A stretch of 63,712 nucleotides of DNA, the filler included, from Sluysia triapertura (taxonomy: Eukaryota): the NCBI GenBank assembly GCA_046118255.1. It is 5 parts of 5 records of this genome, joined end to end, with 100 filler letters (N's around TTAATTAATTAA, not from the genome) between each part and the next. Parts side by side here need not be neighbours in the genome. Positions count along the whole stretch, not along the records: positions 52,795 to 63,712 come from JBJNIA010191540.1; 4 more parts are not named here. One strand, 5' to 3'. Position 1 is the first letter of the stretch; the number at the start of each line of letters is the position of its first letter. This document shows, piece by piece, positions 55,790 to 63,712 of the stretch. The notes under the pieces are model-generated. The model did no database searches. It was not told the origin of the DNA and saw nothing but the letters and a program-made list of their open reading frames with translations. The translations under genes and the position numbers were made by a program.

Positions 55790-56260
55790 ACAATATAACA
55801 CTCAAATCACAACCAAATTCAACATCACCATATTTCAACAACTAGTTCATAAAAAACACAACACCCAATTCAATCACATTCCATACTATCGAATTACATT
55901 AACCGATTAACCATAAACGACATTCCACATTTATAAGATTTCAACAACACATACTCCTCAAACAATTCTTCTAATAGTTCCAAACTTTTACCCCGCTATA
56001 CTTTGATAATTAATACCGAATAATCCATAACATTCACTCAATAACTATTCTTTCAAACCAAACCACAACCACAACCACAACACATAATACTTAAGTTACA
56101 AATACATTAACAAATACCTGGAAACATAGAAAACATTTACGTTACAACCTCGAATCAGTTATATTAATTCAAGCCTATTTCAGCTACACATAACCATTAT
56201 CAACATTCTACAGCAACATTGTAAATACGCCAAGATGTATTTTGTAATTATCTTTTAAAT
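55790..56260 (+). mobile_element. CR1/L2-like LINE 3' fragment
   Basis: Similar to 15880-16216; ends in a YFSY...IVN-type terminal motif. Confidence 0.45.
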
Positions 56261-56989
56261 CAAATAAACTATAACCTTTTAACAAGCCTTTTAAACCATT
56301 ACATTCAGTGTATAACTTGTATTTTTAATTACAAAATTTAAATAAACATCAAGAATTTATCCTGACATCCTTCATTTTACCTACAGCTTAAATCATTTAG
56401 TTTATCTTTAAAAGTATTCATTTCCTTATGATGAAGCAACAACGATAACTTAAGCATAGCATACCACGTTACCGTTGCTTCTTCACATAATTTCAATAGT
56501 TTTATTTGATTATTTTATTTTAATATGTAAGAAATCAAGACGTAGAAAGAAAAGATCATGTTTTTAAAGATGACAAGAAATTTTATGTAATTTACTTTAT
56601 TTGATAATAATAATAACAATATTGTTATTGTTATTATTATGAAACATTAAATTAATTTTGTGAAATATAATTTAAATTAAAAAATTCAATTAAATGATGA
56701 TCAACTTGGTTGCTACCATCATCAGTGTTGACACTATACGTCACATTTTTCATTATAGTGCCAACACTGATGATGGCCAATCATCAGTTTTGTCGTCTTC
56801 GATTTCATATCAATAATTTGTGTACACCACCAAATCAGAGTCAATACTATTAAATATTCTTTCTGAGACTCTGATTGGACACACCATTTTTTAATTTTCC
56901 ATTTTGGTACAACATATCATTACTAAATACAAAAAACATTTTCATGCGAATAGAATTTTTTTTTCTTTGGTTTTCATGTGTGAATTTTA

Positions 56990-58600
56990 ACGCAGAATAT
57001 TGATGCATATTAGAGTTATGAATAAAACTTCACCGAATCGACTGATTATTAAAAATTCTGTCAAATCATTTTATGTCCAAGCTTTAGTAGAAAGGACTAA
57101 TGTTGATAATGATATTCCAAAAACGAGTAATAAATTTTTGGCGAAAAAATTGATAAAGGATTCAGTGTCACCGAAATCTAAAGAGTTTGATGAAATCGTT
57201 TAGATCAAAAGCAAAAAGCAGAACACGTTTCAAATGTTTACGTCGTATTGTTTTTTTGTAACGACAAGAAAGCTAACATTCAAATAACTACTCTTTTCGA
57301 TGTTTTCGAACATAATCAATATAATTTTCACAGTACGTTACAGAATAAAAATAACTATAATGAAAATTCAAGTAGCGTAGACGAAGATAGTTTTTATTGT
57401 GTGACACGTAGAATGAATGTTTACAAAGAAGATAAAACTGGAAAGTATAGTGAAACACCGGTAATGAATAACAGTGAAAGCAATAGATCCCATATATCAA
57501 GTCTAAAAGATTTTACCGATTAAGTTAATAGTCGAAATCTATCATGGTTAACTCGTATAAATGTTACACCTATGATATTATTTTCAAAAAATTCTTTACT
57601 TTTTTCAAACTACAACGAAAAAAATTAACGATTGAACTAGTTAAACAAAAAGCTGATCGAATGTCCCAAATCATGAAGGAACAATTATTTAGTGAAAGTA
57701 TACTCAAAGACGAATTAGTTAACCATGATGACAAAGATTTAGACAGAAGTACACAGATTATGAACAATCGACATGACGTGTTAAGAAACTATAAATTTAA
57801 ACTATTTCATCATTGTCTACCAAGGCGATCGAAGGCCAGCACCATGATCAAAGAAACGCAATTAATTTATTTCCAGACAGAGCGATGCCTTGTTTTAGAT
57901 TAGTATTAAATATTAATGAAGCATTTATCTCTATAAGTTTGTTTTAAGCAAAATTTGGTATAAATTAATCATAATTTAGAAACATGTTTCAAATCATCAA
58001 AAAGGATATCCTCGCTAAAATGTCTTGTCATATTACAAATTAATGGGATCAACTTTATACTACAGCGCCAACAATCTACGATGTCGTCAACAGTTATTCA
58101 ACAGAACAACTAAGTCATGAACACAATAAATCTATGCGAATTTATGGATGAGACTTTTGCGATAAGGTGTCGTGTGTAAGTTCTTATTACATATCTTTAT
58201 CTATTTATATTTTAGATAATGAATTTAAGGAATGGATTAGTGGAGGTCAACAAGAAGTAGTAATGCAAAAAAAGCATGGAAAAGAAAATTTTCTTATAAA
58301 ATTTCAAAATGTTTTTTCCTGTAATAATTTTGTTGTATTTAAAAATTTTTTATTTATTTTAAAAGACTTAAATTTATTGTCTCAAAAAGAAAGAATTTTA
58401 TGTTACTACATAGTATATCCCAAAAGAAGGAGTTCAAACATAAGTCGTTAACATTTAATGATTTAAAGGAGGAAACTAAACTTAGACATAAATTCATGCA
58501 TACAATGGTAAATATAACTTATGTGTTATTAATGTTTGACTCTGTCATCCATCAGAAATTTTTACTAAATTATATTATTACCATCATTAACTTAACTATC
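56990..58600 (+). mobile_element. Large decayed transposase-like ORF (Academ-like, tentative)
   Basis: Chain of same-strand broken ORFs; CFFC and EIYH..SYKCYT motifs resemble N-terminal motifs I associate with Academ-type proteins; hairpin cluster upstream. Confidence 0.4.
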
Positions 58601-59960
58601 ACAACACAACTTAAAATTCTGAAACCAAACATAAAGTCTTTATCAAAAACAAACCATTGTTGGTTCTGTAATTTTAATTTATTAAATGCGTCATTAATTG
58701 AGAAATCTAAAATCTTTAATTTAATATCTCAACATATAATAATACACACTCCAAAGATATATTTATTTATTTAGAATATAATCATTGAAGATTGTTATTT
58801 CTATATTATTAAACTATGATGTTTTGTGTTTTAGTGATATAATACAATATTCAAATTAATTCTAAACCAAAACCACTTATAACATATCTAGATTATAGAT
58901 AATTGTACTATATTTTATTTGGAGTGTTCTAACTACCCGATGAGATAACAAGTACTTTTAGTTAATAATAAAATCTTAAAACTGAGTTTTTAAATGTTTA
59001 TTTGTATATTTCAAATTTGTTACTCATAAATAAAATTTATATTTGAAAATGAGGAATTATTGAATGAATCTGATATTATTGCAAGTATTATTATTCATAA
59101 ATATGAGAAAATATAAATAGAAAACATTAAAAAACATTAATCAGAAATTTGTATATTATTGGATGATATATGCAATATTATATTCGTGATTTATGTGTCG
59201 GAAAAGAAAGTAATTTAAAAGAAACAAGATATTTATATGAATGATAAATTATCTATGAGAATAAGGAATTAGAAATATCAACTGAAGAAGAAATGAAAAG
59301 TACGAAAAAATGATATGAATGAAAAAATTTACTGAAGAAACAAATAGTTTTAATAAAAACTGCTGAATAGTCTTGATGTTCGATGACGATAAAATAGTGA
59401 AAATTGTGCAGATTTTAAAAATAAATTTAAAACTTCCTTTAATATTAACAATGATTTGAAAATATCAAATTTAATAATAGAATTAGAGTTAATAATAGAT
59501 TTAGAGTTAACTACAATCATAAACTTGTACAGAAGGATATTAGTGATAATAATCTAATCAAAAATATATTATTGATAAAAATATAGGAATCGATTGATTA
59601 ATTAAAGATAAGGAAACTTAAAATATAAAAATATTAATAAATAATTACCATTTAAAATTATATACATTTACAATTTATTACAGCATCTGCATAAATTAAG
59701 TTTGAATTATTTATGATAATAATAGTTGCGACTTTGTCAAAAAGTACTGAAACATTTGTTTAAAAAATGATATTGAAACAAAAATATCTATTGTTTTATT
59801 AATTGTATTTCAACAATAAGTACATGTAAGGTAATATATATTGAAATGATTGCAAGTTATTCATCATAAGTTTGAATTGATTGTAAACGTAAAATAAATA
59901 AACGTAAAATTAATATGGACTTATCAAGATAGCAAATTACGATGTTGTTTAAGTGCTTTT

Positions 59961-60635
59961 TTGAATAAAAAAGATACTTTCACTTATGTAAATGATAAAT
60001 GTTTTACTATGTCCGGATCAAATATAAATACAGTATCAAATAATGCAATTTATACTTGTAATAAGAAACAATTATTATTTCGAATTGTTGCAGGAACTGG
60101 AATAGTTCCATTAAATTTATATCAACAAAATTTACAAATGAATTATAAAGATGATAAAGGTAATTTTAAAAGTATCCTTTTTGAATTTTGGAATGATGTG
60201 AAACCGAAAATGATAATATTAGAAGCTAAGAGTGATAGCGGAATTGTATTAGTAAATATGACTTTTAATATTAATTCATATGATGCAATATTAACGTGGT
60301 TTAATTTGAATAATTTGGTATCTGCTTATCCGTATGATATTAGTAAAATGAAAAGTCAAACTTATAATTATTTTAATATTTCTGGGCAGATGGGTGACAA
60401 TGTTCTTCAACGAGTATTTTATATCAATATTTTGCACAATTATTGCCCAGGTGATACTGGATATTTTGTAATATTACAAATTCCTGACGGTTGTACCTAT
60501 TTCCCTCGCTCTACAATACCAAGTATTGTTTATACTCCATTTGCTGGTGGTAGTACATGGTCTGGTAATTATAAAACAGCACAATATTTTGAACTAACTG
60601 GTATATATGAAGATAATATTTATATATTATCATAA
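59961..60635 (+). CDS. Uncharacterised probably extracellular domain protein (Cys/aromatic motifs), preceded by a PAN/apple-like Cys segment
   Basis: 224-codon ORF in very AT-rich DNA: LLFRIVAGTG...FKS....W...TWF...YNYFNISG...RVFYIN...CPGDTGYF...C...PSIVY. The frame extends upstream (IWTYQDSKLRCCLSAF); the true start is unresolved. Confidence 0.75.
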   Translation: MNKKDTFTYVNDKCFTMSGSNINTVSNNAIYTCNKKQLLFRIVAGTGIVPLNLYQQNLQMNYKDDKGNFKSILFEFWNDVKPKMIILEAKSDSGIVLVNMTFNINSYDAILTWFNLNNLVSAYPYDISKMKSQTYNYFNISGQMGDNVLQRVFYINILHNYCPGDTGYFVILQIPDGCTYFPRSTIPSIVYTPFAGGSTWSGNYKTAQYFELTGIYEDNIYILS

Positions 60636-63440
60636 AACAGCGTAACATTAATGCACAAAAAATTTCTAGATGTGATTAGATAATATTTCGTTATTATTTA
60701 TTAATATAAATAAGATAGTAGGGCTTATTTTACACTGATTTAAAAATTATTCCCCTATTAAAAAGCCTCAGCTTAGAATGCAATATTTACAATAACAATA
60801 ACAGTATTGAATTTTGTAAGACCATTGTCCATACATCTTTCAATCATCTGTAGCTAAGAATGACAATTTATTAATATTTTGAGTTAAAATGTAAAAGAAA
60901 AAATTAATTAATATTCTAAGTAACCAAAGAGTTTGCAGCACTTCCAGAATTATGGAATTTTTAATTTTTCTTATATAAAATTAAAGATTGTATTAAGTAG
61001 TATCAAAATTAATTAAAATATCTGATAAAAAGATATATTATAGATAAAGTCTTACGAATATTTCTTTTTAAATTTCATTTTTTACAGGATTACCTAAGTA
61101 AGAATACAAAATATAACTGATAGGTGAATAGAGTATTGTTACTCTAAAACAAATTAAAACAAACAATACATAATTTAATGTAATCAACATTTAAATACGA
61201 GAATCTTTTGAAATCTAAGACTGCATATTTTTATTGTCTTGCTTCATTATTATTAAAGGCGTGATTAATCTTCCATTCAGGAACGAAAGCTTTAATTTAC
61301 TATATAGAGAAATTTTACTTGTTGAAAAATACCTGCTAGATAATTTTCGAAATTAGTTTTCCAGAATAAAGTAAATTTGGCATTTAGAGTTAGGTTCTGG
61401 AATTACGTTTTCTTTACTTTGATATTTTAATCCTAATAGTTTCAAATTACCCTTTTCTGTACTGCTTGAAATAATGATGAAATTCAAATATAATTATTAT
61501 TTGTTGTAGAATTAGAAAATAATTTAATACTGTAATGACTTAACAATGATTTATTTATCTTTATTTGAATAATTTACTCATGATCACTGATATAATGTTT
61601 TCATAGTAACTCTTAATTATAAATATAATTTAGAAAATAAAAGACTAAATATACAAAAAAAGACATGGTCATCATCAATAGTATCATCATTAAGAACATG
61701 CCGATAATAAATTCAGAAGTAATAACATAACATGTACCCATTTTCAAAAATCCAAATAAGTAATGCAACGATGATACACATGTAAGTAACCATGAAACAC
61801 TATCTGACAATGAAACTAATCAATTAATTCGTAGGAGTGAAAATACTTATCAGCAATTAGATAATTTTTCACACAAGATGTCGAACGTAGTGAACTGCAG
61901 ATCAACTCATAACAATCACAAACAAACACCAACACAAATCAACATATCTTATTTTAAAAAATGTTAAACAAACTACAACACATCATTATAATTTCATAAT
62001 CGCTGGAATTTTGTATATTGTTACAATATTTGGATTACTGTTCATTTTCTTGAATGTATATATACTAATGAAGTATATAATAATAATCATCCATAATAAT
62101 CACAAACATATATAAACAAATTAATTAAAAGATTACTCAGCACATTCAAAAACAAACGTAGTAATAATAATTTATAATCACAATAATTTATAATTACAAT
62201 TATTATTATCACAATAATAATAACTACTGTTATAATAATACTAAATTGTTGTGATTTTGTGATAGTTACTCTTATGACCATTATTGTTATTATTGTAGCT
62301 TCTATTGTTGCTACAATGTTTTGTTTACTCTTCCTCTTTTTATGTCTTTTATTGTTTCTTACATTTTGTTATTAGCATTGTTCATTTTCATTCAATTACA
62401 ATATTGAATATTTGTTTGAGGCAAAAGACTTCAATGGTTAATTATCATTTTATTTCGTATTGTATAATTTCCACAGTTTCACACTCCGGATTAATGAAAA
62501 GTTCAAAATTGTATTATTAAGATTTAGGCTATCTTTTTCACTACTTTCGCTTTGTTTGGACGATTTTTTGGAAGTTTGAAGATTTTTTCTTCTAACTAGC
62601 CTTTACCCTATAGTTTCATGTAATTAGTGTGTTTTTACCTTCTTAATATTATAAAAGATAATTAAGTGAGTCTCAATCCCAATATATTATAACTACATTA
62701 CAATGTAACACAATATTAATTAATTAATGATATTGAAACTTAGTTTCTTTTTATCACAAGAATGATTGTGTGTTACTACGTTATGTTAATCTTCTTCTTT
62801 TGTTTAATATAAGATTTAAATTTTATTTTAGTTTAATTGAATCGTTCGCAATATTGATAATTCGTTTTGTAAAGGGCCTTAAGCCGAAATTAAATTCTCT
62901 AAATTTGCATAAGTTATTAAATTTCAAAAAAATATATAAAAATTTAATTATCAACCCAAAATAATGTACAATTCAAATTACAAAAATCTAAAATTCATAA
63001 AACCCAATACAAGTGTAAAAATTTCCAATATCCAAATAAAAATTTATAAACTGAGTTTTTATATTATATTATTTAATAAATGTACATGTTAGGTGATCGA
63101 ATAGTTAAAACATTCCAAATAAAATATAGTACAATCTTCTATAAGGTAGGTTACGAATTAATTTGAATATTGTATTCTATCTCTAAAACACAAAACATCG
63201 TAGTATCAGAATACAGAAATATTCAATGGTACTATTATAAATAAATACATCACTTAATTTAAATACAAGATACATCTCGAGTCTAATTTTTATAAAATTA
63301 AATATAAGATATTTAATCACATCTAAAAATTTATCATGTATTAATGTTGAACTATTTTATGAATACATATAAATATTATCTTCGTATATTGCAGTTAGTT
63401 CAAAATATCGTGCTGATTTATAATGTTAGATTTCCTAAAA

Positions 63441-63489
63441 TGGACTGACCGGGGATCGAACTCGGGACCTCTCGCTGCGCAGTTCGGTG
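63441..63489 (-). repeat. tRNA-Ala-derived repeat, 3' part
   Basis: Reverse complement CACCGAACTGCGCAGCGAGAGGTCCCGAGTTCGATCCCCGGTCAGTCCA followed by TTTT. Confidence 0.8.
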
Positions 63490-63712
63490 AATTGAAAACT
63501 TATTTTACAACAAAAACAAGTAGGGTATAATAAATATAGATAAAAGGATCACATTTATATAAAAAGTAGTTAATGTAATAAGGATGATACTGATTGCCCA
63601 TTTAAGAAATTGTTTTTCGTGCTGCTGCCACTTACGCTGCTGGTGATAAGGAACATGTTAATAATTGTTGTTGAACTATGGGGCCACAAGCATACCATTG
63701 ATAAGTCAGAAA

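Overview
Very AT-rich eukaryotic (metazoan, probably lophotrochozoan/flatworm-like; inferred) genomic DNA. Four identical 100-nt joins (44 N + TTAATTAATTAA + 44 N) split the window into five separate scaffolds of decreasing length, so adjacency across those joins is not biological. Host coding sequence is sparse and spliced: intact cadherin-repeat exons (+, 30.3-36.6 kb), one exon of a sphingolipid delta-4 desaturase (DEGS1-like, -, 49.5-49.7 kb), a low-complexity exon (-, 27.3-27.8 kb), a 224-codon ORF of an uncharacterised domain (+, 60 kb) with a decayed paralog at 55 kb, and an ETS-domain pseudogene (-, ~2 kb). Most other recognisable sequence is decayed mobile DNA: an RLE-type (Utopia/NeSL-like) non-LTR element, a DD34E Tc1-like element, mariner, pogo/Tigger, piggyBac-type MITE, a hAT end, L2/CR1 fragments, a Gypsy integrase region and tRNA-Ala-derived repeats. 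The most unusual signals are: (1) an array of five covarying bulged-A hairpins inside a canonical intron, with a second decayed array 10 kb away; (2) a primer-binding-site-like motif just downstream whose geometry fits tRNA-Sec; (3) a Gypsy remnant with an aspartic protease placed after integrase and ahead of an env-like ORF. All family assignments come from motif recognition by eye; no searches were run.
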